Of a DNA stretch of 64,000 bases, positions 37,153-46,951 are shown in pieces (the first letter of the stretch is position 1; the number at the start of each line of letters is the position of its first letter). Below the pieces are notes generated by a model that saw only the letters and a program-made list of their open reading frames with translations, ran no database searches and was not told the origin of the DNA. The translations under genes and the position numbers were made by a program. This DNA is from a virus. The stretch lies in IMG/VR virus record IMGVR_UViG_3300014836_000691, positions 1 through 64,000 of that record. One strand, written 5' to 3'.

Positions 37153-38253
37153 ATGGCTCGATACAAACAGTTTGTCGGAAAGAATGTCCTTGATGCCGCC
37201 AAGGAGCGACTGCACCACATACACGATATCTTCGATACGCCTGTGGTTTGCTTCTCTGGGGGCAAGGATAGCCAAGCCCTAATCCACCTTGCGTGGGAGG
37301 TAGCCCAAGAGCGAGGGCTGAAGTATGTTAATGCAATTTACTATCACGAAGAGTTTACGATGAATGAGATAGTCGGTGTGGTTAGGCATTATGCCGCTAT
37401 GCCGTGGGTGCGTATGCACCACTTGTGCATCCCTGTTCCCTCTACGGTGATGATTTTCAACAAGCAGATTCAATACACGATGTGGGATAAGAATCGTGAG
37501 ACTATTCGACCTCTGCCCGATTACTCCATTCGTCCAGATGCGGCGAACTGGAATCGCAATTGGTATGCCGAAGAAATCGAAGAATACCAGACCCAGTTTT
37601 TCCGTGGCAAGGTAGCCCTAATGACAGGCATACGGTCACAGGAAAGCAGAATGCGTTGGCGAGCCAGCGTATGCAAACTGGTGGAGAACTACATCAACAA
37701 GTCGGCTCACAAGAAGAGCCAGATTTGCAAGCCCATCTACGACTGGCTAGAGAAGGATGTTCTGAAATACCTTTACGACAACAAGATTCCCTACGCCAAG
37801 GTCTACGACTCGCTTCTGTTCTGTAAGCGTAAGTTGAGAACTGGTGCGTTTATGAACCCGCAGACACAGGATGGGTTGCAGTTCCTTCGTAGAATTGACC
37901 CTGTGTTCTACGACCAGATGCTTAAGATTTTCCCAGAGCAAATGCTTTCCGAGAAATACAGCAAGCACTTGGACAGGGATGCCTTGGTAGAGAAGTATGG
38001 GCATTCAATTGCTGGCATTGAGCAATACATCAAGGAGCATTACCAAGAAGGTCGCCCTCGCATTATCGCCCTCAACAGGCTCTACGAAATCTACAAGATG
38101 AAGCAAGCCGACCAGCACAAGTCGGCAAATGTAATCTCAGAGGAGGGCAGTTTCCCCCTCTGGTATGTCCTTCGCTACTTCATCCGTGGCAACACAGCCC
38201 ATCGCCTCCTGTCCTGTCCCAAGAACTTGGCAAAGTTCAAGGGGATGGTTTGA
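37153..38253 (+). CDS. PAPS reductase-family (IbrA-like) protein
   Basis: NV.DAA.ERL; FSGGKDS PP-loop; GIR.QES..R; KPIYDW...DV..Y. Confidence 0.85.
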   Translation: MARYKQFVGKNVLDAAKERLHHIHDIFDTPVVCFSGGKDSQALIHLAWEVAQERGLKYVNAIYYHEEFTMNEIVGVVRHYAAMPWVRMHHLCIPVPSTVMIFNKQIQYTMWDKNRETIRPLPDYSIRPDAANWNRNWYAEEIEEYQTQFFRGKVALMTGIRSQESRMRWRASVCKLVENYINKSAHKKSQICKPIYDWLEKDVLKYLYDNKIPYAKVYDSLLFCKRKLRTGAFMNPQTQDGLQFLRRIDPVFYDQMLKIFPEQMLSEKYSKHLDRDALVEKYGHSIAGIEQYIKEHYQEGRPRIIALNRLYEIYKMKQADQHKSANVISEEGSFPLWYVLRYFIRGNTAHRLLSCPKNLAKFKGMV

Positions 38254-38293
38254 GCGTTGACAAAACCTCAATTTTAAGGCTCTATTGCTAAAT

Positions 38294-38364
38294 AGACCTG
38301 TGGTGTAACGGTAGCACAAGTGATTTTGGTTCACTTTGTCTAGGTTCAAATCCTAGCAGGTCTA
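38294..38364 (+). tRNA. tRNA-Gln(TTG)
   Basis: Cloverleaf; AGTGA-TTTTGGT-TCACT. Confidence 0.9.
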
Positions 38365-38390
38365 TGGGGGTCTTTGACAGTCTGTCTTTT

Positions 38391-38462
38391 GCCTTGGTAG
38401 CACAATGGTTGTGCGTCTGTTTTGTAAACAGGTGGCTGTCGGTTCAACTCCGACCCAAGGCT
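38391..38462 (+). tRNA. tRNA-Thr(TGT)
   Basis: Cloverleaf; TCTGT-TTTGTAA-ACAGG. Confidence 0.9.
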
Positions 38463-38470
38463 CGTTTGTA

Positions 38471-38544
38471 GGGGGCTTCTTTCAATGGTAGGAAACCTCG
38501 TTTGCACCGAGGCAATGGGAGTTCGATTCTCCCCGCCTCCACCA
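38471..38544 (+). tRNA. tRNA-Ala(TGC)
   Basis: Cloverleaf, G3.U70, encoded CCA. Confidence 0.9.
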
Positions 38545-38548
38545 ATTT

Positions 38549-38623
38549 GGGATTGTAGTTAAACGGTTATAACACACGGTTTTCATCCGTGTATTCGGAG
38601 TTCGATTCTCCGCAGTCCCGCCA
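38549..38623 (+). tRNA. tRNA-Glu(TTC)
   Basis: Cloverleaf, encoded CCA. Confidence 0.9.
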
Positions 38624-38634
38624 GTTTTGACAGA

Positions 38635-38705
38635 TGGGAAGAAGTGTTACGGTAGCACAGAAGTCTCCAAATCTTCGGGCGTGGGTTCGACTCCCTCCTT
38701 CCCAG
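38635..38705 (+). tRNA. tRNA-Trp(CCA)
   Basis: Cloverleaf; GAAGT-CTCCAAA-TCTTC (some mismatches). Confidence 0.8.
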
Positions 38706-38712
38706 CATTTTT

Positions 38713-38785
38713 ACGATGGTAACTCAGTTGGTAGAGTGCTTGACTGTTACTCAAGTTGTCGGTGGTTCGACCCCACCCCATCGTG
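38713..38785 (+). tRNA. tRNA-Asn(GTT)
   Basis: Cloverleaf; CTTGA-CTGTTAC-TCAAG. Confidence 0.9.
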
Positions 38786-38792
38786 CCTTGCC

Positions 38793-38865
38793 CAGCCAGT
38801 ATCTCAATTGGTAGAGTCCCTGCTTTGGGAGCAGGGTGTTGCAGGTTCAAGTCCTGTCTGGCTGA
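38793..38865 (+). tRNA. tRNA-Pro(TGG)
   Basis: Cloverleaf; CCTGC-TTTGGGA-GCAGG. Confidence 0.9.
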
Positions 38866-38870
38866 TTTAC

Positions 38871-38945
38871 GCACCTGTAGTTCAACGGATAGAACACCCG
38901 CCTTCTAAGCGGGTTATCTAGGTTCGATTCCTAGCAGGTGTGCCA
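38871..38945 (+). tRNA. tRNA-Arg(TCT)
   Basis: Cloverleaf, encoded CCA. Confidence 0.9.
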
Positions 38946-38949
38946 CTTC

Positions 38950-39022
38950 GGGGGTGTAACTCAATGGTTAGAGTAGTCGCCTTTTAAGCGATTGGTTCTG
39001 GGTTCAAATCCCAGCACCCCCA
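38950..39022 (+). tRNA. tRNA-Lys(TTT)
   Basis: Cloverleaf; GTCGC-CTTTTAA-GCGAT. Confidence 0.9.
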
Positions 39023-39027
39023 TTCCT

Positions 39028-39108
39028 GCGGATGTGGTGAAACGGTAAACACGACTGACTTAAAATCAGTTGCCCTACGGCTTGCGGGTTCAAGTCCCGC
39101 CTTCCGCA
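39028..39108 (+). tRNA. tRNA-Leu(TAA)
   Basis: Cloverleaf with long variable arm. Confidence 0.9.
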
Positions 39109-39115
39109 CCCTTTC

Positions 39116-39188
39116 TGGCGTGTAGTTCAAAGGTTAGAACACTCTGCTCATAACGGAAGAAACGCTGGTTCAAATCCAGCCACGCCAA
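39116..39188 (+). tRNA. tRNA-Met(CAT) (Met/fMet/Ile2 identity unresolved)
   Basis: Cloverleaf; CTCATAA loop. Confidence 0.85.
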
Positions 39189-39247
39189 CTTTCTAGTTGC
39201 ATCGAAAAACTAAAACCAAACAGTTGTATGGGTAACGCACCGCAACT

Positions 39248-39871
39248 ATGAACAAACCCCTAGAGCCAGTAGAAAACATTAAGTGGATTGACGCTTCTGA
39301 ACTGAAGGCGAACCACTACAATCCGAACCGAGTGATGAACGCCGAGATGAACCTCATCGAGCGTTCCATCCTAAAGACAGGCTGGATTCAACCGATTCTG
39401 GTGAACGCCAACAATGTAATCATAGACGGCTTCCACCGATGGACGCTCTCTCAAGTCTCTCATCAACTTAAAGAGAAGTATCACGGCAAAGTTCCGTGCT
39501 GTGTTCTTAATGTCTCCGACATTGAGGCGATGGTTATCACCGTCCGCATTAATCGTGCAAAGGGAACGCACTTGGCATTCCGAATGAGCGAGTATGTGAG
39601 AGAACTTGTCGAGAAGCACAGAGTCCCACTTGAGCAACTCGCTACGGACATTGGTGCTACCGTGGACGAGGTGATGCTTCTGATGAAGGCAGATGTGTTT
39701 GAAGCCAAGGACATTCAGAACTGGGCATACAGCGAGTCTTGGATTCCCGCTGAGTCTGGTCGGACGAGAGTCCCGACCCTGTTCGACTTCGTGGACGGCA
39801 AGGAGATTATCAACAACAAGGAAAAGCAAACCTTGATGACTGATAAGTTCTTCGACAACGAAGAGGACTAA
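39248..39871 (+). CDS. ParB-like nuclease-domain (IbrB-like) protein
   Basis: AN.YNPN; SI...GW.QPI; IIDGFHR; TVR.NRA.G.H. Confidence 0.85.
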   Translation: MNKPLEPVENIKWIDASELKANHYNPNRVMNAEMNLIERSILKTGWIQPILVNANNVIIDGFHRWTLSQVSHQLKEKYHGKVPCCVLNVSDIEAMVITVRINRAKGTHLAFRMSEYVRELVEKHRVPLEQLATDIGATVDEVMLLMKADVFEAKDIQNWAYSESWIPAESGRTRVPTLFDFVDGKEIINNKEKQTLMTDKFFDNEED

Positions 39872-40098
39872 GACTTCTTACGCTTCACCTTAATCGGAAC
39901 GACAGGCGTGTAGGCGTTTGTCTCACCGATTCCAAGCCACAGGTTCTTGAAGCACCTCTCTGCCTCATCAGAGAATCTACGCTTCTTTTCCAAGTAGTGA
40001 AAGAACACCTCTTGGATAACATCCCAATCGTGAGGGTCGATTTCCACGCTCTGGGCTTTCGTTATGAAAGTCCTAGGGACTTCGTTCTTAGGAGGCAT
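39868..40098 (-). CDS. Hypothetical protein
   Basis: Part of leftward mini-operon. Confidence 0.5.
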   Translation of the reverse strand: MPPKNEVPRTFITKAQSVEIDPHDWDVIQEVFFHYLEKKRRFSDEAERCFKNLWLGIGETNAYTPVVPIKVKRKKS

Positions 40099-40285
40099 TG
40101 TCGATTTGAAAACAAAAATCTAAGACCTTCTGGTTATCCCATTCAGCAATCTTTGGCAGTTGGTTGCGGAAGTGGTTGATTGCTTCCGCTACCCGCAAGG
40201 GGTGGGCGTTCTTCTGTCGAGCCAACTGGACGACCCAAGTCGCCATCCGCTTTATCTCATTCCTCTTCTCAGACAGACTTGCCAT
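40088..40285 (-). CDS. Hypothetical protein
   Basis: Part of leftward mini-operon. Confidence 0.5.
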   Translation of the reverse strand: MASLSEKRNEIKRMATWVVQLARQKNAHPLRVAEAINHFRNQLPKIAEWDNQKVLDFCFQIDNAS

Positions 40286-40481
40286 CTGGATTGATGTTCA
40301 GTTCATCGCACTTCGCTCGATACACGGCAGAGGCGATAACCAGTTGCTCTTTGATGCGATTAACTTCCAACCCATTCTTGTTGCCCACCGTGCCTCCTTG
40401 CGAAAGCATATGCTCCAACGATTGGATGTAGGTGTGGAGTTCGTCAATGTCCCGCAGGGACGATTCGTCTTGGTTGCTCAT
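40269..40481 (-). CDS. Hypothetical protein
   Basis: Part of leftward mini-operon. Confidence 0.5.
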   Translation of the reverse strand: MSNQDESSLRDIDELHTYIQSLEHMLSQGGTVGNKNGLEVNRIKEQLVIASAVYRAKCDELNINPDGKSV

Positions 40482-40825
40482 TAGCCCTGTATGCCCTCTT
40501 TGTTGCTCTGGTCAACTACGGACTGCCTGTCGCCATCAGAAAGCACCTTAGAGAACATTATGAAGTCTTTGACAAGGGGGTTACACCCCTTGAACTTCAC
40601 TTTGCGACCCTCAGCGATTTCGCTCCAGATAGGAACAAAGAAAGCGTGGCAGAAAGAATCCGTCATAGATTCTATCCCATTCATATCTATCTCCAAGGCT
40701 AGTTCCTTGTCGGCATCCAACAGAGGCTTAACGGAGTTGCGGAAGAATGCACCAGAGCGAGAGCCATCGCCCCCGAAGGACATTCCCTCGTTGAACTCCA
40801 ACATATTAATCGTGTGTGTTTTCAT
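40481..40825 (-). CDS. STAS-like (DUF4325-type) protein
   Basis: SGAFFR...+.IDM.GI..MTDSF...FF pattern. Confidence 0.6.
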   Translation of the reverse strand: MKTHTINMLEFNEGMSFGGDGSRSGAFFRNSVKPLLDADKELALEIDMNGIESMTDSFCHAFFVPIWSEIAEGRKVKFKGCNPLVKDFIMFSKVLSDGDRQSVVDQSNKEGIQG

Positions 40826-41381
40826 ACCTGCTTAAGTTCCAACTCCTTGATTTTGTTTTGGACGGCAACGAGGTTTGCACGGAGCGTGATGCCCATAGCG
40901 ATTGCTTCTGGGGCGAGAGCCGTATCCAAAAGGGCAATCGACTTGGTGAGTCGCTCGGCGTGAGCCGTGAGATTTTTGATTTCCGAAGATTCAGTATTCA
41001 TACTTTTTGTTTATGTAAAAATAAAACTGTATTGCAAGCAAAATCTTTGTGCTTGGACTAAAATGCACTACCGCAAGGCGTTGTGGAATGAGGCTTTTAG
41101 CGAGGTTGTCAGAAGGTTGACACCCTTACAGACCGCCGACTATGAAACCCTTTAACTGCACTATTACAGCCGCCGCATACTCACTTGGTGTTAGCCCCGA
41201 AGAACTCGCCCTTTGGGTTGAGCAAAAGAATCCGACCATCAAGGCGAAGCCCCAGACGGTAAATGATGTTGGCGAAGAGATGGCGAAGGTCTTAGAATCG
41301 ACCAATCCACTTCTTGCACATCGCTGGAGACTGGTTAGCGTCAGCGGTCTTCCTAGACCCCAAGCCTCCTAATCTCCGAAT

Positions 41382-41615
41382 ATGATTATCCCCCAAACCT
41401 GCCCATACTGTAAATCTGACTTGAAGGGGGATTTAATCAAGGACGAGGAAAGAGCCTTGGTCTATGACGACAAATCCTTCTGGAGTAGGGTCAAGGTGGT
41501 CGTTGACGACAACAAGCCAGCCGCTTGGATGTGTCCAGATTGTGGTAAGGAATGGGCTATTGGATGGCTGAGCAAACCACTCTCTTCCGAACAGGATAAG
41601 CACCTTACGGATTAG
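41382..41615 (+). CDS. Zinc-ribbon protein
   Basis: CPYC...WMCPDC. Confidence 0.6.
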   Translation: MIIPQTCPYCKSDLKGDLIKDEERALVYDDKSFWSRVKVVVDDNKPAAWMCPDCGKEWAIGWLSKPLSSEQDKHLTD

Positions 41616-41649
41616 TTGACAGCCCTCAAAGGGCATCTGAACCGCATCA

Positions 41650-42372
41650 ATGGCTACGAGAAGCACCAAAGCCTCTGCTGGTAGTGTCCAAGACACTATT
41701 ACCGCAGAAAAGAATGTAAGAACCGACTTTGATACATACGAAGGTCGCTTCAATGTTTCGGCGGCTAATGCGTATGACTTCACAAAGACAGACCCCAAGG
41801 AAGGCATCGAAGCCGTTGCTAAGAGAGACGGTCAAGCCCCTACTAGGGAAGAAGTTACGATTGCTGAGCGTGTCTTTGATGGGGTTTCCTCTCTAGTTGA
41901 TAAGGGACTTCTCAAGTCCCACGCTGACGAGACTACCAATACGGATATTGGCAACGGCACTCGCCCCCAAATCTACAGCAGAGAGATTAATGGGGGTAGA
42001 GATGTTGAGTTTTACGCCGTTCAGATGGAAAAGAACCCTATCGCTGGTAGAGCCGTTATGGATAAGGCTTACTTCCTGTTCAAGATTCCGAACACGAAGT
42101 TCAGCCAAGACGATATGGTTTCTACGCCACAATGGGTGGAGGGGGTGGCAAACGAAGTTCTCTTCTCTGCCTCCAAGACCGCCTCGACCACACAGGCTAA
42201 TATCCCGAATCGAACCCCAGATTACATCGACAAGGTTGAGAGAGCCAGACAGACGGCTATCAGCCTTGATACAAACAGAGCAAGGAATGAGGGTGCAAGT
42301 GACGACTTCTTTGCCGACAGAAATCGTGAATTGAATCTTTCCAAGGTTCGCCAAAGACAACTCGCTGGTTAA
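41650..42372 (+). CDS. MATRS-leader protein (variant leader), unknown cargo
   Basis: MATRSTKASAGSVQD; TTGAC-N6-CAA at 41616. Confidence 0.7.
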   Translation: MATRSTKASAGSVQDTITAEKNVRTDFDTYEGRFNVSAANAYDFTKTDPKEGIEAVAKRDGQAPTREEVTIAERVFDGVSSLVDKGLLKSHADETTNTDIGNGTRPQIYSREINGGRDVEFYAVQMEKNPIAGRAVMDKAYFLFKIPNTKFSQDDMVSTPQWVEGVANEVLFSASKTASTTQANIPNRTPDYIDKVERARQTAISLDTNRARNEGASDDFFADRNRELNLSKVRQRQLAG

Positions 42373-42380
42373 CTACATTT

Positions 42381-43055
42381 ATGGCTACTCGTTCTACAGG
42401 TCAAACAACAGGGCAGGGACTGCAAAGCGATGTTCAGTATCGAAGAGGCAACCCCGCTTTTGACAATCTTCCCCAAAGTCCGTTGGATAAGATTTCTGAC
42501 CGCATTCCCCAAAAAGCCAATCTTATGAGCAAGGAAGAATACGATTCTATGCCCAAAGACTACAAGGCTACCATAGATGGGAAGAAGTTTGTTCTGGTTA
42601 TGGATTCTAGGGGCGGTGCGGCTCTCGCTCCTTGGATTGAGCGTGATGCTCGCATTCCCAAGGGCAAGTCCGCTTGGGACATTGGTCGTGATGAAGGTAG
42701 ACAGTATGGACTGGACGATGAAGCCCTCCAGAATGCCCAGCGACTTGAGGCTGGTGGTCTTGGCAACGGACTTCTTACCGTCAATTCCTCGATGGGCGAC
42801 CCAGAGTTTGGTGGTTTCAAGGTTCGCTATCCAGACGCTTACCAACAGGCATACGACAGTTTCTTAATTGATAGCCGAAACCCAAAGAGCGTCAAACTCG
42901 CCGCCGTCGAAGCCCTCGATAAACTTAGCCGTAAGAATATTGATGGGATGAGTAGCACCCAAATCCAGACTGCCGTTACAGAGTATGTCCAAGATAAACT
43001 TGGAGCGAAGTTTAAGGGCAGGGTTAAGTGGAATATGAAGTCTTACCCAGACTAA
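42381..43055 (+). CDS. MATRS-leader protein, unknown cargo
   Basis: MATRSTGQTTGQGLQSD. Confidence 0.75.
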   Translation: MATRSTGQTTGQGLQSDVQYRRGNPAFDNLPQSPLDKISDRIPQKANLMSKEEYDSMPKDYKATIDGKKFVLVMDSRGGAALAPWIERDARIPKGKSAWDIGRDEGRQYGLDDEALQNAQRLEAGGLGNGLLTVNSSMGDPEFGGFKVRYPDAYQQAYDSFLIDSRNPKSVKLAAVEALDKLSRKNIDGMSSTQIQTAVTEYVQDKLGAKFKGRVKWNMKSYPD

Positions 43056-43311
43056 CCCCTGTGAATGTGGACTTGCCACACTCCGAAAACCTAGGAGGCG
43101 GGCTTATTATTATGGATATAGCCCCTGCGAGGGGCTGTCTTGAGTGTGGTAAGTGTGAATGGGGCTTTTCGTTGATGGATACAAATGAAAGGTTCGATTT
43201 ACTTACTAACAAGCCCTTAAAGTTCTGGAATGCTAGGTCTGACTGCCTATCGTGCGGAACGGAATACAGATGGAAAGTAGACCCCGATAAACCTTACCCC
43301 GAATCCTACAA

Positions 43312-43572
43312 ATGACACCTTCACAATCCAAACGAATCCAAAACATCTTCAACCTTGTTCAAAACATCCGTAGGGCGTTAGACAAGGAAGCCTCCACAGG
43401 AGGCATCGGTGGAGTTGCAAAAGACTTCGGAACTCATATCGACTTAGACGATGCTATCTTTGGTATCCTCTACACCGAAAAAGCCCTCTCCAGAATCTAC
43501 GAGAGAGAGTCCTTCATCCGTGAACTCCCAGAGCGAAGCAAAGCCCGCTTAAAAGTCATTAAGCATATCTAG
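43312..43572 (+). CDS. Hypothetical protein
   Basis: ORF in operon. Confidence 0.5.
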   Translation: MTPSQSKRIQNIFNLVQNIRRALDKEASTGGIGGVAKDFGTHIDLDDAIFGILYTEKALSRIYERESFIRELPERSKARLKVIKHI

Positions 43573-43578
43573 CCTATT

Positions 43579-43908
43579 ATGCCTCGCCGTAAACCAAAGC
43601 CTCGGATTATAGAACGAAAACTCGGAAAGGAACAAGCGTGGGGACAGGCATTCCCCCATTCCTCCCGCCCGAAGATTGAGATAGACCCCCGCCTATCGGC
43701 ACAAAGACACCTTGAGGTGATGTGCCACGAAGCCCTCCATATCGCCCTGCCAGACCTCGTAGGCAAGAAGGGTGAGGCAGAGGTAGACCGCATCGGTAAG
43801 GTAGTCAGCGATGCCCTCTGGCGTGGCTCATACAGGAAAGTCGTCCTGCACAACCCGCACACGACTCCTGTTCGCATTTCCCGCAAATCCAAAAAGAAAA
43901 ACAGATGA
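43579..43908 (+). CDS. Small zincin-like metallopeptidase domain
   Basis: IEIDPRL...HEALH (HEXXH). Confidence 0.6.
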   Translation: MPRRKPKPRIIERKLGKEQAWGQAFPHSSRPKIEIDPRLSAQRHLEVMCHEALHIALPDLVGKKGEAEVDRIGKVVSDALWRGSYRKVVLHNPHTTPVRISRKSKKKNR

Positions 43909-44165
43909 CAGCAAAAGAACTGATTGATAATGCCGTAAAGGGTGCTATCGTCCTTGAACCACAATCTACATTCAACACCGCCCTTGTGGGTGTGTCGAGC
44001 GATGGCAGACTGGTTTACTCCGAAGACAAAATCCTAATCGCCCTCCAAGAGAAAGACGGAATGGACTATGAAGAAGCCCTTGAGTGGTATCAATACAACA
44101 CGGTCAGAACGCTCGACTACCAGAAGGGGCGTTACGCCCCGATTATCCTTACGCACACCCTGTAA
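43905..44165 (+). CDS. Hypothetical phage protein
   Basis: LVYS...GM.YEEA.EW..YN pattern. Confidence 0.6.
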   Translation: MTAKELIDNAVKGAIVLEPQSTFNTALVGVSSDGRLVYSEDKILIALQEKDGMDYEEALEWYQYNTVRTLDYQKGRYAPIILTHTL

Positions 44166-44436
44166 GGTAGAGTTCTTCGATTGTGTTACGAGGTTCTTGG
44201 TTTCCTCCGAATCAAGACCAGATGAGGTGCATCTAGTTGACTTAGATGCGGACGACAGGGGACGCTACGAGTGTTCCTGCGAAGACTTCACCTTCCGTAA
44301 CCCAGACTGGACGCTAGCCCAAGTCTTCTACGAGTGTAAGCACATCCACGCCGCCAAGCAGTTCGTGCTAGCGGAGGCTAGCAAGTGTCCTAAGTTCAGA
44401 TTAAAGTCCGCACCAGACTTTCAAGACGAGTTGTAA
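44068..44436 (+). CDS. SWIM zinc-finger protein (start uncertain)
   Basis: CSCEDF...CKH. Confidence 0.6.
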   Translation: MKKPLSGINTTRSERSTTRRGVTPRLSLRTPCKVEFFDCVTRFLVSSESRPDEVHLVDLDADDRGRYECSCEDFTFRNPDWTLAQVFYECKHIHAAKQFVLAEASKCPKFRLKSAPDFQDEL

Positions 44437-44528
44437 GTCGTTGCCCATCAGTCGTTTGTAAAAGTTTTGCCTTTGGTGTTGACTTATGTCCACCAATCAG
44501 TAAAACATTAGGAACAGACACGACCTAT

Positions 44529-44795
44529 ATGCACGACCTCAACGCACTCAAACAGTCCGCTAAGGACACCCTCGCCAGCCGAGGCATCGACCCTAACAGT
44601 AAGTCCGCTTACGAAGTCTGGTTTCGCCACTTTGAAAGCGACACTAAGGATATCCTCGCCTACGCCGAACAGCACAATGGGGACATTCTGCCGTGGCTCT
44701 ACGACACGGCTGATATCTACGCTGACCCCTCCACCAACTACGCCGAACCCTCTGGTCGCCGTATCGCCCGCAAACTCGTCAAACAGTTCTCCTAA
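44529..44795 (+). CDS. Hypothetical early protein
   Basis: ACACGACCT leader; upstream TTGACT promoter-like site. Confidence 0.6.
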   Translation: MHDLNALKQSAKDTLASRGIDPNSKSAYEVWFRHFESDTKDILAYAEQHNGDILPWLYDTADIYADPSTNYAEPSGRRIARKLVKQFS

Positions 44796-44799
44796 TCTT

Positions 44800-45219
44800 A
44801 TGGACGCACAACCCGAACCCACCCCTACTCCCGCCCCTGTCCGCACGACTAGGGCTGAGAAGCACAGGCTGTATATGCAGACCTACAACCGAAAGTATAT
44901 CCGCAAGTCTGAGCAGAAGCGAACCCTTGAAGGGCAGACCTACGACAGCATCTACAAACTTGCGAAGGCTACGGCTGACCGCAGGGCGGCTAACGGAGGT
45001 TCGCTCAAGCGGGAGAATGGGGTAATCACTAGCCCCGACACTCTCCGCTACAAGGAGTATCTCGCCCGCCACAACCGCAAGGCGTTCATCACCCACATTG
45101 ACGCTGAGATTCGCAAGGCGTTCACCGATGCTTGCAAGGAAAGCGGTGAACCCATCAACAAGGTCGTGGAGCATCTGATGGAAAAGTATATCGGTAGCAA
45201 AGTGAAAAAAGAAGGTTGA
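44800..45219 (+). CDS. Hypothetical protein with RHH-like C-terminus
   Basis: FITHIDAEIRKAF..AC...G..INKVVE.LM. Confidence 0.5.
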   Translation: MDAQPEPTPTPAPVRTTRAEKHRLYMQTYNRKYIRKSEQKRTLEGQTYDSIYKLAKATADRRAANGGSLKRENGVITSPDTLRYKEYLARHNRKAFITHIDAEIRKAFTDACKESGEPINKVVEHLMEKYIGSKVKKEG

Positions 45220-45291
45220 CATACTCAACCGACTGACTAAATTGTAGAGCATAAGGTAAATCCTTAGCCAACCACAACACCACCCAACACT

Positions 45292-45600
45292 ATGCGTATC
45301 GACTATTACAGCCGTCCGAATCACGCCACCTCGCTTGCCGAGTTGCTTGACCTCGCCCGCCTCAATCGGGAGAACATCAACTACGCTCGCAAGTATTGCC
45401 GTAAGAACGAGGGCAACCTCTCTAGGGCTTACGAGATGCAGAATATGCGGGAAGTGATTTGCGACAACCGAGTTCACTACTCCAGCATCCTGCGGAACAT
45501 TGACCGCCTCCTTGCGGAAGGCTGTCCCGACAAGCGGTCTGCCCGCCTTGCTAGGGCTATCTGCGAGAAGGGCTACAACTCCAACCCTCACGCCCGCTAA
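45292..45600 (+). CDS. Hypothetical early protein
   Basis: TTGACA-16-TAAATT upstream; AC-rich leader. Confidence 0.6.
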   Translation: MRIDYYSRPNHATSLAELLDLARLNRENINYARKYCRKNEGNLSRAYEMQNMREVICDNRVHYSSILRNIDRLLAEGCPDKRSARLARAICEKGYNSNPHAR

Positions 45601-45601
45601 T

Positions 45602-45955
45602 ATGAACGCTGAGTTCGACAACATCGAGGTCGATGGACGCTACTTCTCTGCCGAAGTTGACTTCGATGTTGAATGGGATAACGATGGTATTGGCTCTTAC
45701 GAATACTGGGGTGCTAAGGGCTTTGACAAGGGACACGACTACGCTGTGCTAGGCGACTATGGTGCGACCATCACGGAGCATCTGGTTGACGGCACGGAAG
45801 TCGAAATCCCAGAGTCCGACCCTATCTACAAGTCCGTCCTGTCCGCTGTGGAATCCAAACTGGATAAGCACATCGAGAACCTTGAACTGGATAAGGATGA
45901 TGGGGACTATGACGACCCTAGGGACTACGACCCGCCCGAACCCGACTACGACTAA
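45602..45955 (+). CDS. Acidic hypothetical protein
   Basis: NDGIGSYEYWG motif; very acidic. Confidence 0.6.
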   Translation: MNAEFDNIEVDGRYFSAEVDFDVEWDNDGIGSYEYWGAKGFDKGHDYAVLGDYGATITEHLVDGTEVEIPESDPIYKSVLSAVESKLDKHIENLELDKDDGDYDDPRDYDPPEPDYD

Positions 45956-46634
45956 TCTCCGCAAACTTGCGGACTTTAACCTCCGCTAATCTCCGCACAA
46001 TCTCCACACGATGAAATCAATCCTAATGCAAGAAGGCGACCACAAGTTCACCTTGGAGGTCTTTGACGACAACGGTGTTTGGCTGATGGGCATCAAGCAT
46101 ACGCCCGAAGCCGACTTCACCTCTGACCTTGAACGCCAAGCGTCTCAATGGAAGAAGACCGACCCAGACATTTACGAAGCCATCCGAAAGGAAATCGCAA
46201 AGGCTTACTTCACTCTCCACAAACACTATGAGTAATAATATGAAGAAAATCACAATCAAGGACTGCACCACAAAGGGCGGTCGAGTCTATCACGATGGCT
46301 GTGTCGCCGTCTTGGTTTCAAGAGGCTACGGTGCTGGCTGGTATACTTGGAATCAAAACACCCCATCTATGCTCTTCTGCCCGAAGATGGTCGAAGCCGT
46401 CCTCGATGAAAAGTCCACAGACGAATTGGTAGACCTCGCCAACGCTCTCTACCCAGATGCCTACGCTGGAGGCGTTGACAGCCTTGATGTTCAATGGGTC
46501 AAAGAGGGAGGCAAGTTCCGAGTCCACGAATACGATGGAGCAGAGAGCATCTACCTTCTGGAAGAAGAAAAGTGGTTTGTCGCTTGACAACCTCTTGCCT
46601 ATCTGACAACCTGCTATCCAACAACAAAACGACT

Positions 46635-46919
46635 ATGCCCGAATACACCAAAGAAGAACACGAAGAAGTCAGCCAGATGCTCGCCAGCCAACTCATCGAA
46701 GAGAAGGCTGAATGGGACGAACAGGCGAAGTATATCGCCAACCTTCTGGAAGACCTCCTCGAAACCAAAGTGCCTCTCAAGGTTCTCGCTGAACCCGACA
46801 TTGATGCGTTCGGTAAGATTATGCATAAGTTAGACCACCTCTACCACGCCCGCCGTGCCGTCCTGTTCACCGAAAACGAAATCAAGATGCACAAGAAGGT
46901 CGTCCCTACGGACGCTTAA
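46635..46919 (+). CDS. Hypothetical protein
   Basis: AAACGACT-ATG leader. Confidence 0.55.
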   Translation: MPEYTKEEHEEVSQMLASQLIEEKAEWDEQAKYIANLLEDLLETKVPLKVLAEPDIDAFGKIMHKLDHLYHARRAVLFTENEIKMHKKVVPTDA

Positions 46920-46951
46920 CACCCTCTCACTAACACAACACAACTACGACT

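Noticed and set aside
38634-38921. ORFs overlapping the tRNA cluster
   Set aside because: Fully explained by tRNA genes.
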